From Desulfosporosinus sp. (GTDB lineage: Bacteria; Bacillota; Desulfitobacteriia; Desulfitobacteriales; Desulfitobacteriaceae): 41,454 bases of DNA. A program made the translations under genes and the position numbers. Location: contig DAIEHY010000002.1 of assembly GCA_027353165.1 (NCBI GenBank), positions 1-41,454 of the forward strand. The letters run 5' to 3'. Positions 9,430 through 19,522 of the stretch are shown piece after piece. The notes below the pieces were generated by a model. That model worked only from the letters and a program-made list of their open reading frames with translations. It was not told the DNA's origin and did no database searches. The stretch's first letter is position 1, and every line of letters begins with the position of its first letter.

Positions 9430-10557
9430 TTAATCCTTAACCTCACCTTTGCGGCGTCCTCTTGGATCGGAGATAATCTTTCCCCCTCCAACCACTAAGT
9501 CTCCTTGATAAAAGACAACAGCCTGTCCCGGAGTTACTGCACGTTGTGGTTCATCAAAACAAACCATTACATCATAGTCTGCCCCTATTCCAGCAGGATA
9601 AATTGTTGCCTCTGCGCCTATAGAATTATAACGAATTTTTGCTTTGACTTTTAAAGGTTCTTTAAGATCCGAAATTGATATCCAGTTTGGCTCGATTGCC
9701 CATAGAGTATCTGTATAAACATCCGGATCCTCCCCCAAAACAACCTCATTGCTTTCAGGATTCAACCCTACTACAAACATTGGTTTGCCAAACGTAACCC
9801 CTAGCCCTTTCCGCTGACCTACCGTAAAGTGAATAATCCCCTCGTGCCGACCAAGCTTATTCCCAGCGAGGTCCACAAAATTGCCTGGCTTGATGGGAAC
9901 TTTGATACGCTCCCGAACAAACGAAGCATAATCGTCATTGGCAACAAAACAGATTTCTTGGCTTTCGGGTTTATTGGCCACGCTTAAACCCCGTTCTCTT
10001 GCCATTTCCCGAACCTGTTCTTTGTTGTGAGTTGCTAAAGGAAAAAGCGTGTGCTCAAGTTGTTCTTGGGTCAACATATAAAGCGCGTAAGTTTGATCTT
10101 TACGCTGATCAGCACTCTTACTTAGGAGAAAGCGTTCACTTCCCGGATCTCTTAATACTTGCGCATAATGTCCGGTCGCTATAAATTCAGCCCCCAACCC
10201 GCGCGCCTTGCGGAGCAGTTCCCCAAATTTCACATATTTATTACAGGCTAGACATGGGTTTGGAGTTTCTCCATACAAATAAGACTGTGTGAAATAATCC
10301 ACCACAGTCTCCTCAAAATACGAACGAAAGTTCATGACATAATGGGGAATTCCCAGTACAAAGGCAACCCGCCTGGCGTCATCAATGGCTGAGTTGGAGC
10401 AACAACCCCACTCCGTCTCTGGTCCCGCAGATTCCCATATTTGCAAAGTTACCCCAATTACATCGTATCCTTCTTCTTTGAGTAAAGCGGCGGCCATGGA
10501 ACTATCCACGCCACCGCTCATACCCACAACTACTTTTGGTTTGGTTGATAGAGCCAT
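9430..10557 (-). CDS. mnmA: tRNA 2-thiouridine(34) synthase MnmA
   Basis: PP-loop GMSGGVDSS, TPNPCLACN, ATGHYA, KDQTY, ESQEICF, GQRKGLG, AVTPGQ; likely start MALST at 10557. Confidence 0.97.
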   Translation of the reverse strand: MALSTKPKVVVGMSGGVDSSMAAALLKEEGYDVIGVTLQIWESAGPETEWGCCSNSAIDDARRVAFVLGIPHYVMNFRSYFEETVVDYFTQSYLYGETPNPCLACNKYVKFGELLRKARGLGAEFIATGHYAQVLRDPGSERFLLSKSADQRKDQTYALYMLTQEQLEHTLFPLATHNKEQVREMARERGLSVANKPESQEICFVANDDYASFVRERIKVPIKPGNFVDLAGNKLGRHEGIIHFTVGQRKGLGVTFGKPMFVVGLNPESNEVVLGEDPDVYTDTLWAIEPNWISISDLKEPLKVKAKIRYNSIGAEATIYPAGIGADYDVMVCFDEPQRAVTPGQAVVFYQGDLVVGGGKIISDPRGRRKGEVKD

Positions 10558-10564
10558 AAAATAT

Positions 10565-10942
10565 CTATTCCTTCTTTTGTTGTTTATTATGGTAATCCTC
10601 AATCGCTTTATGGAGTGCATCAGCTGCCAAGTTAGAACAGTGCATTTTCGTTTCAGGCAATCCCCCTAAAGCTTCTGCGACAGCGGCATTAGAAATCACC
10701 AATGCTTCGTCAATCGTTTTTCCCTTAACCATTTCCGTCACCATACTACTTGTAGCAACAGCAGCACCACAGCCAAAGGTTTTAAATTTGACATCCTTAA
10801 TAATGTCTCCCTCAATATCTAAATAAATACGCATAATATCTCCACATTTAGCGTTTCCGACTTCACCAACCCCATTGGCATTTTCCAATTCGCCAACATT
10901 ACGAGGATTAGTAAAATGATCCATTACTTTTTCTGTATACAT
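10565..10942 (-). CDS. iscU: Fe-S cluster scaffold IscU/NifU-N
   Basis: MYTEKVMDHFTNPRNVG, CGDIM, FKTFGCGAAVA, KMHCSNLA; AAGGAG RBS. Confidence 0.95.
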   Translation of the reverse strand: MYTEKVMDHFTNPRNVGELENANGVGEVGNAKCGDIMRIYLDIEGDIIKDVKFKTFGCGAAVATSSMVTEMVKGKTIDEALVISNAAVAEALGGLPETKMHCSNLAADALHKAIEDYHNKQQKKE

Positions 10943-10957
10943 TATCGTCACTCCTTT

Positions 10958-12139
10958 TTATGCTTGTTTTTTATGAATAACCTGATCATAGAGCGGGGAC
11001 ATCATGCGCAAACGTTCTACAATCTTTGGTAATTGTTCGAGAAGATAATCGATTTCCTCTTCCGTGTTCTGACGTCCTAAGGAAAAGCGCAGCGAACCGT
11101 GGGCGATTTCATGGATAAGGCCCATGGCCAGTAGCACGTGAGAAGGATCTAAGGAACCTGAAGTACAAGCTGAGCCGCTTGAGGCTGCGATCCCCAACAT
11201 ATCCAGGGATAACAATAAAGATTCACCCTCGACATAACGAATACTGACATTCACATTATTAGGTAAGCGCTTTTCCCCAAGGGGTCCATTAACTTTAACG
11301 TATTCAATCCGTTCTAAAATTCCGTTCATGAGTTTGTCGCGCAGTTGCGTTTGATGCTTAGCATCATCCGCCATCCGTTGTCCAGCCAGCACGCAAGCTT
11401 TACCAAACCCAATAATTCCTGGCGTATTCTCAGTTCCAGAGCGACGTCTCTTTTCTTGCCCACCCCCATGAACTAATGGTACAATCCGTACCCCTTTTCG
11501 AATATATAGGGCCCCAACTCCTTTGGGACCATAGATCTTGTGACTGGATATAGTCAATAAGTCTACATTCATCTCAACCACATTAATAGGTAACTTTCCG
11601 AGCGATTGAACGGCATCAACGTGAAACGTTATCCCATGTTCTTTGGCCAATTTTCCAATCTCGGCAATTGGTTGAATTGAGCCCACCTCATTATTGGCAT
11701 GCATCACACTGATTAAAATCGTATCTGGCCGAATTGCCTTTTTAACGTCCTCAACTAAAAGAATTCCCTCTTCATTTACAGGGATAACCGTCAAATCAAA
11801 CCCATTCTTACCCAAGTACTCACAAGTTTCTAATACAGCGTGGTGTTCGATACAAGAAGTAATAATATGTTTACCTTTTTTGCGGAATGCTTCAGCAGTC
11901 CCTAAAATTGCAAGGTTGTCCGCTTCCGTCCCGCCACTGGTAAAGGTAACCTCTTGAGGTGTAGCCCCAATGAGCTCAGCTACTTGACTTCTCGCTTGTT
12001 CTAAAGCCTGTTTAGCCTCCCTACCAAAACTATGAACACTTGACGGATTGCCATATTTTTCAGTGTAATATGTCATCATCAAGGCAGCTACTTCCGGATC
12101 CACCGGAGTTGTTGCACTATGGTCTAAATAAACTCGCAT
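10958..12139 (-). CDS. iscS: Cysteine desulfurase IscS/NifS
   Basis: YLDHSATTP, YGNPSS, FTSGGTEADN, PLP lysine SSHKIYGPKG, group I SSGSACTS. Confidence 0.97.
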   Translation of the reverse strand: MRVYLDHSATTPVDPEVAALMMTYYTEKYGNPSSVHSFGREAKQALEQARSQVAELIGATPQEVTFTSGGTEADNLAILGTAEAFRKKGKHIITSCIEHHAVLETCEYLGKNGFDLTVIPVNEEGILLVEDVKKAIRPDTILISVMHANNEVGSIQPIAEIGKLAKEHGITFHVDAVQSLGKLPINVVEMNVDLLTISSHKIYGPKGVGALYIRKGVRIVPLVHGGGQEKRRRSGTENTPGIIGFGKACVLAGQRMADDAKHQTQLRDKLMNGILERIEYVKVNGPLGEKRLPNNVNVSIRYVEGESLLLSLDMLGIAASSGSACTSGSLDPSHVLLAMGLIHEIAHGSLRFSLGRQNTEEEIDYLLEQLPKIVERLRMMSPLYDQVIHKKQA

Positions 12140-12181
12140 AATGGTCTCACTCCTTATAGTCATATGTGTCTTGAAATACGT

Positions 12182-12634
12182 CTAAATATAGTACATATAC
12201 AAGCTCCGCTCCGATTCGATCTTTCTGGCATCTTCGAGCATAGTCTCAAGAGTAATCGAATCAAGTACATCCGCGATAGAGTCTCTAACCTTCTCCCAGA
12301 TGGTTCGTGTGACACAAAATTCGGCTTTGGAACAGATTTCCGGAGCCTCTTCAGATACACAATCTGTTGGAGCGATGGGCCCTTCTAAGACGCGTATAAT
12401 GTCCCCAATTCTTATTTTATCTGGTTCTCGTCCTAGTAAGTAACCGCCTTGTGCACCACGTATACTCTTGACGAGTCCTGCTTTACGCAAACCCGAAATC
12501 AATTGTTCCAAATAATGCTCTGAAATACCTTGCCTCTCAGCAATACTTTTCAAAGAAGTCGGGCCCTCACCCACATGTTGAGCTAGATCAAACATCGCTT
12601 TTACGCCATAACGTCCCTTGGTCGAGAGCTTCAC
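12182..12634 (-). CDS. Rrf2 family regulator (IscR/CymR-like) with three Cys ligands
   Basis: KLSTKGRYG, YLEQL...LRKAGLVKSIRGAQGGY, LEGPIAP, DCVSEEAPEICSKAEFC; GTG start with GAGGTG RBS. Confidence 0.93.
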   Translation of the reverse strand: MKLSTKGRYGVKAMFDLAQHVGEGPTSLKSIAERQGISEHYLEQLISGLRKAGLVKSIRGAQGGYLLGREPDKIRIGDIIRVLEGPIAPTDCVSEEAPEICSKAEFCVTRTIWEKVRDSIADVLDSITLETMLEDARKIESERSLYMYYI

Positions 12635-12696
12635 CACCCTCACCTCTTTTCCACTAGTTAAGACCTTCAAACTCCACATTTCTACATTTCTTATTT

Positions 12697-12727
12697 ATAT
12701 CTTATAAAAATACTCGGGATTTGTCAA
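12697..12727 (-). promoter_or_regulatory. Sigma-A promoter of the Rrf2-iscS-iscU-mnmA operon with overlapping Rrf2 operator
   Basis: TTGACA-17-TAAGAT; the 25-bp AATCCCGAGTATTTTTATAAGATAT covers the spacer and -10. Confidence 0.62.
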
Positions 12728-12750
12728 GTATACTACATAAACTTAACTAC

Positions 12751-12780
12751 CTGACAGAGCTTTATCTGGCATGGTATAAT
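12751..12780 (+). promoter_or_regulatory. Sigma-A promoter of rarA
   Basis: CTGACA-18-TATAAT with extended -10 (TGnTATAAT). Confidence 0.6.
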
Positions 12781-12866
12781 TATGCCACTTAACCTAAAAA
12801 AACGGCAAGCCCCAGCTTAGTGGGGAATAGGCTAAGATACTATTTCCTATGAAAGGAACATTAAAA

Positions 12867-14156
12867 ATGGATCTATTCTCCGCCTCATTTAATCAACATG
12901 AAGTGGCTCCCCTTGCAGAGCGTATGCGACCACGATCGCTTGAAGAGTACATCGGGCAAAGTCACATCCTCGGCCATGGGAAACTTCTAAGGCGAGCAAT
13001 TGAAGCTGACCGTGTATCCTCACTCATCCTCTATGGCCCGCCCGGAACAGGCAAAACCTCCTTGGCACAAGTTATTGCAGCCAAAGCAGCAGCACACTTT
13101 ATCCGGATCAATGCTGTTACCTCAGGCGTTAAAGAGATCCGCGAAATTATTTTACAGGCTACAAATAATCTTCACCTTTATGGTAAACGCACTTTGGTTT
13201 TCTGTGATGAAGTTCACCGCTTTAATAAAGGACAACAAGATGCTTTACTCCCCGCTGTAGAGAACGGAACCATTACTTTTATTGGGGCTACAACAGAAAA
13301 CCCCTTTTTCGAACTGAATTCTGCCCTCCTAAGCCGTTCCACTCTTTTTCACCTAGAACTACTTCTTCCTGTAGAAATCCGACTAGGCTTAGAACGTGCC
13401 TTGCAAGATGCAGAACGTGGATTGGGTAGATATCAGGTAGAAATAGCACCTGACGCCTGGGAACATTGGCTTAATTACGCTAATGGAGATTTGCGCCGCG
13501 CCCTTAATGCCATGGAACTGGCAGTTCTCACCACAGCACCTGAGAATGGGATTCGACGAATTACGCTGGCCATAGCAGAAGAATCAATACAACAAAGGTC
13601 CATCCGCTTTGATAAAGCTGGAGATAATCATTATGACATCATTTCTGCCTTCATTAAAAGTATGCGTGGCTCCGACCCCGATGCGGCACTCTACTGGTTA
13701 GCGGTCTTACTTGAAGCGGGGGAAGACCCAAAATTCATCATGCGCAGGATTATTGTCCATGCCTCTGAAGACGTTGGACTTGCAGATCCAATGGTCATGC
13801 TCCAGGCTCAGGCTGCCGCCAATGCTCTCGAATGGCTCGGTCTTCCCGAAGCACGGATCCCTATGGCTCAAGCAGTACTAGCCATCTGCACTGCTCCCAA
13901 AAGCAATAGCGCAGTCGCAAGCATCGACCGTGCCCTCAATTATGTACGAAAACACCCTACCGGGGAAGTTCCCGCCCACCTTAAAGATGCGCACTACCCT
14001 GGTGCAGACAAGTTGGGACATGGGCAAGGATACTTATACCCGCATAACTATCCGAACCACTGGATCGAACAATCCTACCTCCCCCCAAGCATCCAAGAAC
14101 AAACTTTTTACGTCCCATCGGAAATGGGGAAAGAATTAACAAAAGCGATGCCCTAG
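12867..14156 (+). CDS. rarA: Replication-associated recombination protein A (RarA/MgsA AAA+ ATPase)
   Basis: [11 protein letters not shown], Walker [56 protein letters not shown]; start MDLF at 12867. Confidence 0.97.
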   Translation: MDLFSASFNQHEVAPLAERMRPRSLEEYIGQSHILGHGKLLRRAIEADRVSSLILYGPPGTGKTSLAQVIAAKAAAHFIRINAVTSGVKEIREIILQATNNLHLYGKRTLVFCDEVHRFNKGQQDALLPAVENGTITFIGATTENPFFELNSALLSRSTLFHLELLLPVEIRLGLERALQDAERGLGRYQVEIAPDAWEHWLNYANGDLRRALNAMELAVLTTAPENGIRRITLAIAEESIQQRSIRFDKAGDNHYDIISAFIKSMRGSDPDAALYWLAVLLEAGEDPKFIMRRIIVHASEDVGLADPMVMLQAQAAANALEWLGLPEARIPMAQAVLAICTAPKSNSAVASIDRALNYVRKHPTGEVPAHLKDAHYPGADKLGHGQGYLYPHNYPNHWIEQSYLPPSIQEQTFYVPSEMGKELTKAMP

Positions 14157-14177
14157 TCTATTAAGGGCATCGCTTTT
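14141..14177. terminator. Bidirectional terminator between convergent rarA and trxA
   Basis: AAAAGCGATGCCCT-N9-AGGGCATCGCTTTT perfect inverted repeat. Confidence 0.85.
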
Positions 14178-14189
14178 GTCGATGTATGA

Positions 14190-14519
14190 TTAGACCTGAG
14201 CGTCAAGCATTTTGACCAGATCTGGTTTTCCACGGAACCCTACGATTTTGTCAACCAACTTGCCCCCTTTGAAAATCCCGAGCGTGGGAATACTCATGAC
14301 CCCATACTGACTTGCTATCGGACCGTTTTCATCAACATTAAGCTTTCCAATAGCTATTCGTCCAACATATTCATCAGCAAGTTCCTCGACAATAGGAGCT
14401 ACCATGCGACATGGACTACACCACGGAGCCCAAAAATCCACTAAAACAACTTGCTCAGACTTTAAAACGTCCGACTCAAAGTTTTCCGTAGTAAAGGTTT
14501 TAACATTTGCACCAGCCAT
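14190..14519 (-). CDS. trxA: Thioredoxin
   Basis: VLVDFWAPWCSPCRMVAP, KLNVDEN, GVMSIPTL. Confidence 0.93.
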   Translation of the reverse strand: MAGANVKTFTTENFESDVLKSEQVVLVDFWAPWCSPCRMVAPIVEELADEYVGRIAIGKLNVDENGPIASQYGVMSIPTLGIFKGGKLVDKIVGFRGKPDLVKMLDAQV

Positions 14520-14544
14520 TTAAAATTCCTCCCGTTAATTAAAT

Positions 14545-14826
14545 TTACTTTATGAACTTAGTGAGCACCCCAATAAGCTCTTCAATCGAAGCTTCCTGAT
14601 CATTGTCTTCAACGGCATTACGCATACACTCGCGTGAATGGTGTTCAAAGACAATGGTGCCCACTCGATTGATTGCGGCACGCACGGCCGCCACTTGAAT
14701 TAAAACATCCACACAATATTTATCACTTTCAACCATGCGTTGGATCCCTTTGACTTGGCCTTCGATTTTTTTCAGCCTGCGGACAAGGTCATCTTTAGAT
14801 TCCGAATAAGTCGTTGAATTCTTCAT
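14545..14826 (-). CDS. csoR: CsoR-family metal-sensing repressor
   Basis: RRLKKIEGQVKGIQRM, YCVDVLIQVAAV, HHSREC (Cys-His-Cys ligands); GGAGG RBS before ATG 14826. Confidence 0.9.
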   Translation of the reverse strand: MKNSTTYSESKDDLVRRLKKIEGQVKGIQRMVESDKYCVDVLIQVAAVRAAINRVGTIVFEHHSRECMRNAVEDNDQEASIEELIGVLTKFIK

Positions 14827-14841
14827 CTTATGCTTCCTCCG

Positions 14842-14858
14842 ATACCCTAAGGGGGTAG
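14842..14858. promoter_or_regulatory. CsoR-type operator
   Basis: ATACCCTAAGGGGGTAG, a TAC/GTA inverted repeat around C/G tracts, lying between promoter and RBS of csoR. Confidence 0.8.
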
Positions 14859-14868
14859 CTTCAATAAT

Positions 14869-14898
14869 ATTATAGCTAAAAACCCCCTCCCCTGTCAA
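14869..14898 (-). promoter_or_regulatory. Sigma-A promoter of csoR-trxA
   Basis: TTGACA-18-TATAAT. Confidence 0.72.
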
Positions 14899-15022
14899 CT
14901 CTTAAACGCATACTTAGTTTATCGGAAAAAATCGATATGTTTTGCCTCCAAAAATCCCAATAGAATTGGGTTTCGTGATCGACCCCACTGAAGTTTCGAT
15001 GTTTAGTTTTCGCTATACCAGT

Positions 15023-16807
15023 TTACTTTATACCAGCAGCCTCAATCTTAGTCACAATGTGCAAATCCTTTAACTGTTTATCCGCCACTGGCGAAGGTGC
15101 ATGGGCCATTAAATCAGAGGCACTTTGGGTTTTGGGAAAAGCAATCACGTCTCGAATGTTATCTTTACCCGTTAGGAGCATAATCAAACGATCCAGTCCA
15201 AAAGCTACTCCACCATGAGGAGGGGTACCATACTCAAAGGCCTCTAAAAGATACCCGAACTTATCCACCGATTCTTCTGGGGATAAACCTAGAGCACTAA
15301 ATATCTGCTCTTGAATCCCACGGCGATGAATACGAATACTTCCGCCCCCCAGTTCTATCCCATTGAGGACCATGTCATACGCTTTGGCCCGTACTTTAAG
15401 TGGTTCCGTCTCTAATAGGAGTAGATCTTCATCCATAGGTGCGGTAAACGGATGATGTATCGCAATATAGCGTTGTTGCTCCTCATCATATTCCAGAAGA
15501 GGAAATTCTGTAACCCATAAGAAGTTGAGCGTATCCTCTGGAATCAGACTCAATCGTTTGGCTAATTCTAGACGTAGATGACCCAGTGCTTCCGAAACGA
15601 CCAAGTAAGTGTCTGCCACAAAGAATATAATATCTCCAGTCTCAGCACCTACACGTTCGATTAAGGCGTTCATTTCTTCTTCCGTAAAGAATTTGGCAAT
15701 CGGAGATTTAATTCCTTCCTCAGCCATGACAATCCAAGCTAAGCCTTTGGCACGATAAGTACTGACGTATTTCGCTAAATCATCAATCTCTCGGCGGGGC
15801 ATTCCTGAACAACCCTTGGCACAGATGCATTTCACACTTCCGCCATTAGCCACAGCATTGGCAAAAACCTTAAAGCCCGTCTTAGCTACAAGATCCCCCA
15901 CATCAGTAAGTTCCATACCGAAGCGCATATCCGGTTTATCCGAACCAAAACGGTCCATAGCTTCCTTATATGTTAAGCGAGGAAAAGGCGTCACCACCGA
16001 TTTCCCCATCGTCTCCGAGAAAATTCGTACCATTAATTGTTCCATCATAGGTAGAATATCCTCAACCTCGACGAAAGACATTTCAATATCAAGCTGAGTG
16101 AACTCAGGCTGTCGATCCGCCCTAAGGTCTTCATCCCGGAAACAACGGGCAATCTGAAAATACTTCTCCATGCCGCCCACCATCAAAAGTTGCTTATATA
16201 TCTGCGGAGACTGAGGTAAAGCATAAAATTCGCCAGGATGGACACGACTTGGAACCAGATAATCCCGAGCTCCTTCCGGGGATGACTTAATCAGCATCGG
16301 AGTTTCGATTTCGTAGAATCCCTGTTTATCAAAAAAATTACGCATGATTTGGGTAACTTGATGGCGAGTTTTGAACACAGCCTGCATCTCAGGGCGACGT
16401 AAGTCCAAATAACGGTGTTTGAGGCGAACCGTTTCATCGACCTCGACTTGATCGACTAAATAATAAGGAGGGGTCTTTGCTCCATTCAGTATTTCTAAAG
16501 CTCCAGCAACGATCTCAATGGTTCCAGTTGCTAAGTTCGGATTAATCATCCCTTCAGGTCGCGCAATCACTTGTCCTTGAATAGAAACCACAAATTCCGA
16601 GCGGAGGCTTTCGGCATTTGAAAAACCCTCACCCATCTTTTCCGGACCAAAGACCACCTGCACAATACCCGATCGATCCCGTAGGTCGACAAAGATTAAT
16701 CCACCATGGTCACGGCGCCGTTGAACCCATCCCAATAAACGGACGACCTGACCAACCTTATCTAGCCCTAACTGATTATTCATGATACGTTCTGAAAACA
16801 TCGTCAT
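15023..16807 (-). CDS. aspS: Aspartate--tRNA ligase (probably non-discriminating Asp/Asn type)
   Basis: [72 protein letters not shown]. His in DHGG and Gly in RPEG are typical of non-discriminating enzymes. Confidence 0.98.
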   Translation of the reverse strand: MTMFSERIMNNQLGLDKVGQVVRLLGWVQRRRDHGGLIFVDLRDRSGIVQVVFGPEKMGEGFSNAESLRSEFVVSIQGQVIARPEGMINPNLATGTIEIVAGALEILNGAKTPPYYLVDQVEVDETVRLKHRYLDLRRPEMQAVFKTRHQVTQIMRNFFDKQGFYEIETPMLIKSSPEGARDYLVPSRVHPGEFYALPQSPQIYKQLLMVGGMEKYFQIARCFRDEDLRADRQPEFTQLDIEMSFVEVEDILPMMEQLMVRIFSETMGKSVVTPFPRLTYKEAMDRFGSDKPDMRFGMELTDVGDLVAKTGFKVFANAVANGGSVKCICAKGCSGMPRREIDDLAKYVSTYRAKGLAWIVMAEEGIKSPIAKFFTEEEMNALIERVGAETGDIIFFVADTYLVVSEALGHLRLELAKRLSLIPEDTLNFLWVTEFPLLEYDEEQQRYIAIHHPFTAPMDEDLLLLETEPLKVRAKAYDMVLNGIELGGGSIRIHRRGIQEQIFSALGLSPEESVDKFGYLLEAFEYGTPPHGGVAFGLDRLIMLLTGKDNIRDVIAFPKTQSASDLMAHAPSPVADKQLKDLHIVTKIEAAGIK

Positions 16808-16808
16808 G

Positions 16809-18080
16809 TTATACACCCCTCTGATACTTTTTGTTTATTTCTTGGAGTGACTTATCCAAGGAAACTTCAGTTTGTTCCCCGATTGTTAAATCCCGAATAA
16901 GGAGCACATTTTTCTCCAGTTCAGCTTCACCAAGGATCAGGGCAAAGCGGGCATTTTGGCGATCTGCGGCTTTCAGTTGGGCTTTCAAACTTCGGCCAAG
17001 TAAATCTATGCCCACGGGGATCCCTTGATCCCTTAACTCACATAAGAGAGAAAAAGCCTTATTCTGGGCTTTTTCGCCCAGAGCAATGAGCATGGCAAAG
17101 AGCTTGGGTTTTTGTTCAGGTAATTTATTTTGAACTTGTAGAGCTGCCAGAACACGCTCGATCCCCATGGCAAATCCGATGCCTGGGGCAGGGGACCCAC
17201 CAATTTCTTCAACCAAACCATCATAACGTCCACCGCCACAGATGGCACTTTGAGCTCCAATTTCCTCAACCATTACTTCAAACGCTGTTTTTGTATAATA
17301 ATCGAGCCCACGAACTAAGCGTGGATTGACCCGGTAAACCACTCCCGCTGCTCCCAATAAGGCAAGAACTCCTTCAAAGTGAGTACTGCATTCCTCGCAT
17401 AAGGTATCCTTTGTCGTTGGAGCCCCTGCCGTGAGGGTTTGACAAGACGGATTCTTGCAATCAAGGATACGCAAAGGGTTACGTTCAAATCTCTCTTGAC
17501 AATCGCTACAGAGTTCGCTTTGACGTTCATCTAAAAACTCCTGAAGTCGTTTACGGTGTTCAGCCCGACAAGTCGGACAACCTACTGAATTAACGTGGAC
17601 TTCAAGGCCCACTAAACCCAGACGCTTATATAAATTCCAGACTAAGCTAATGACTTCTGCGTCAACCAGCGGTTGATCCGCCCCCAACACCTCAACCCCA
17701 AATTGATGGAATTGGCGATAACGCCCACTTTGTGGTCGTTCATAGCGAAACATGGGACCAATGTAGTATAACTTTACCGGCTGGGGCTGCCCATATAGCT
17801 TGTCCTCTACATAAGCACGACAAACCGAAGCCGTCATCTCAGGACGAAGGGTCATCGAACGGTCCCCTTTGTCTAAGAAAGTATACATTTCTTTCTTTAC
17901 AATATCCGTGGTTTGACCTACCCCGCGTTGGAAAAGTTCAGTTGCTTCAAACATAGGGGTACGTATCTCTTCATACCCAAATTCTCGGCAAACGTTTCGG
18001 ATAGTATCTTCAAGATACTGCCATTGTTCCACTGTGCCTGGCAAAAGATCTTGAGTCCCTTTCGGACGCTGTATCGCCAT
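16809..18080 (-). CDS. hisS: Histidine--tRNA ligase
   Basis: [52 protein letters not shown]; true start MAIQRP at 18080 with GGAGG RBS. Confidence 0.98.
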   Translation of the reverse strand: MAIQRPKGTQDLLPGTVEQWQYLEDTIRNVCREFGYEEIRTPMFEATELFQRGVGQTTDIVKKEMYTFLDKGDRSMTLRPEMTASVCRAYVEDKLYGQPQPVKLYYIGPMFRYERPQSGRYRQFHQFGVEVLGADQPLVDAEVISLVWNLYKRLGLVGLEVHVNSVGCPTCRAEHRKRLQEFLDERQSELCSDCQERFERNPLRILDCKNPSCQTLTAGAPTTKDTLCEECSTHFEGVLALLGAAGVVYRVNPRLVRGLDYYTKTAFEVMVEEIGAQSAICGGGRYDGLVEEIGGSPAPGIGFAMGIERVLAALQVQNKLPEQKPKLFAMLIALGEKAQNKAFSLLCELRDQGIPVGIDLLGRSLKAQLKAADRQNARFALILGEAELEKNVLLIRDLTIGEQTEVSLDKSLQEINKKYQRGV

Positions 18081-18129
18081 AGTAATTACCTCCTTGGATA
18101 AGAATTTGTCTTCCAAATACTGTGGGCAG

Positions 18130-18345
18130 TATAAAAAAAGTTCTCGTTCCTTGCTTTGCGCAAGGGACGAGAACTTCTCGTGGTGCCACCCTAATTGACG
18201 GAGTCTTCCGCCCACTTTATAGTCGTTAACGAGACTACCCGATGTAAAACTATTCCCTTACGGAGCGTCTAACCGTGTGTCTTTCAGGCTAGTTCCAGTC
18301 TTGCTAGCCCTCCCTGAAGAAAGAATAACGCGGATTTTTCCAAAG
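18130..18345 (-). ncRNA. T-box riboswitch leader of hisS-aspS
   Basis: Stem I with AGGGAG and CUGGAA boxes, specifier loop GAAAGACACACGG, T-box AAUUAGGGUGGCACCACG, antiterminator 3' arm CUCGUCCCU, terminator ending GAACGAGAAC-U7. Confidence 0.93.
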
Positions 18346-18386
18346 GTTTTAATGAATATTTTACAAGTATTTAATGATTAACCATC

Positions 18387-18416
18387 ATTCTATCAAATAA
18401 GACAGCTGCTTGTCAA
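18387..18416 (-). promoter_or_regulatory. Sigma-A promoter of the hisS T-box leader
   Basis: TTGACA-18-TAGAAT with TG extension. Confidence 0.65.
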
Positions 18417-18437
18417 ATCCTCTTGACCCAATTTACT

Positions 18438-19061
18438 TTATCCCAAAAAGGGATTGTCCCGCTTTTCTTCGCCAATACTGGTTTCTTCACCATGCCCTGG
18501 AAAAACACGAGTTTCCTCCGGAAGTACTAACAGCTTTTGTTTAACTCCAGCAAGAAGTTGGTCCAAGGAGCCGCCCGGAAAATCGGTTCTGCCGATCGAC
18601 CCCGCAAACAACGTATCCCCGCTAAACAATCCTTCAGTACATAAAAAACATACTCCTCCAGGCGAATGCCCTGGGGTCGAGATAACCTTGAGTCGTTGGT
18701 TACCAATCATAAGTTCTTGCCCATCCTGAAGCAGAATATCCGCTTTCTTTTGGACGAGACCTGGACCAAAATAACTAGAGAGGTTCTTCTTGCCATCGGT
18801 CAGCATGCCTGCATCTCCTGTATGAATCCCCACTAAGACATTTCCTAAAAGCTCCCTTAGTTCATCCACAGCACCAATGTGATCGACATGTCCATGAGTG
18901 ATAAGAATATAGTCAACCTTTACACCCTTCTCTAATACCCAGCGATAAATCTGCTTGCCATCCGCTCCCGGGTCAATGATTACCGCTTTCTTGGTTTCCG
19001 GACATGCATAGAGGTAGCAATTTGCCCCCATAGCACCCATAGCCCGCCCTTCAATCATCAA
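18438..19061 (-). CDS. MBL-fold metallo-hydrolase (glyoxalase II-like, YqgX-type)
   Basis: THGHVDHIG, TPGHSPG, FSGDTLF...IGRTD, VFPGHG. Confidence 0.92.
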   Translation of the reverse strand: MMIEGRAMGAMGANCYLYACPETKKAVIIDPGADGKQIYRWVLEKGVKVDYILITHGHVDHIGAVDELRELLGNVLVGIHTGDAGMLTDGKKNLSSYFGPGLVQKKADILLQDGQELMIGNQRLKVISTPGHSPGGVCFLCTEGLFSGDTLFAGSIGRTDFPGGSLDQLLAGVKQKLLVLPEETRVFPGHGEETSIGEEKRDNPFLG

Positions 19062-19070
19062 CGTTCCCTC

Positions 19071-19520
19071 CTAAAATTTCTTTTCACTATCCAACAAAAT
19101 CGTTACGGGTCCATCGTTGATCAGTTCAACATCCATCTCTGCTTGAAAGATCCCAGTTTCAACTTTAAGACCGTAGCTACGAATCGCTTCCACACTTTTC
19201 TCAAACATATCCTTGGCCTGCTCTGGAGGTGCGGCTGAAGAAAAGCTGGGACGTTTTCCCTTGCGGCAATCCCCATAGAGAGTAAATTGAGAAACCACTA
19301 GAAGCTCTCCACCCATATCCAGTATAGAACGATTCATTTTCCCTTCTTCATCTTCAAAAATCCGAAGACCTACCAGTTTATCCACCATCCAGGTCAAATC
19401 GTTTACACTGTCACCCTGCCCGACTGCCAGCAGTACTAAAAGCCCGGCATTTATCTGCCCTACGGTTTGATCATTCACGGTCACGGATGCCCGTTTAACA
19501 CGCTGAACAACACTGCGCAA
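19071..19520 (-). CDS. dtd: D-aminoacyl-tRNA deacylase
   Basis: [34 protein letters not shown]; follows rel. Confidence 0.97.
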   Translation of the reverse strand: MRSVVQRVKRASVTVNDQTVGQINAGLLVLLAVGQGDSVNDLTWMVDKLVGLRIFEDEEGKMNRSILDMGGELLVVSQFTLYGDCRKGKRPSFSSAAPPEQAKDMFEKSVEAIRSYGLKVETGIFQAEMDVELINDGPVTILLDSEKKF

Positions 19521-19522
19521 TA

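Noticed and set aside
12849-14156. rarA on the opposite strand as a sign of inversion or insertion
   Set aside because: rarA divergent from the Rrf2-iscS operon is a known Firmicute arrangement, and no mobile-element ends were seen.
14899-15022. 6S RNA, often found downstream of aspS
   Set aside because: Only ~120 nt are available and I could not see a long 6S-like hairpin.
18081-18215. N-terminal extension of HisS in the ORF track
   Set aside because: It runs through the T-box terminator; RBS and homology place the start at 18080.
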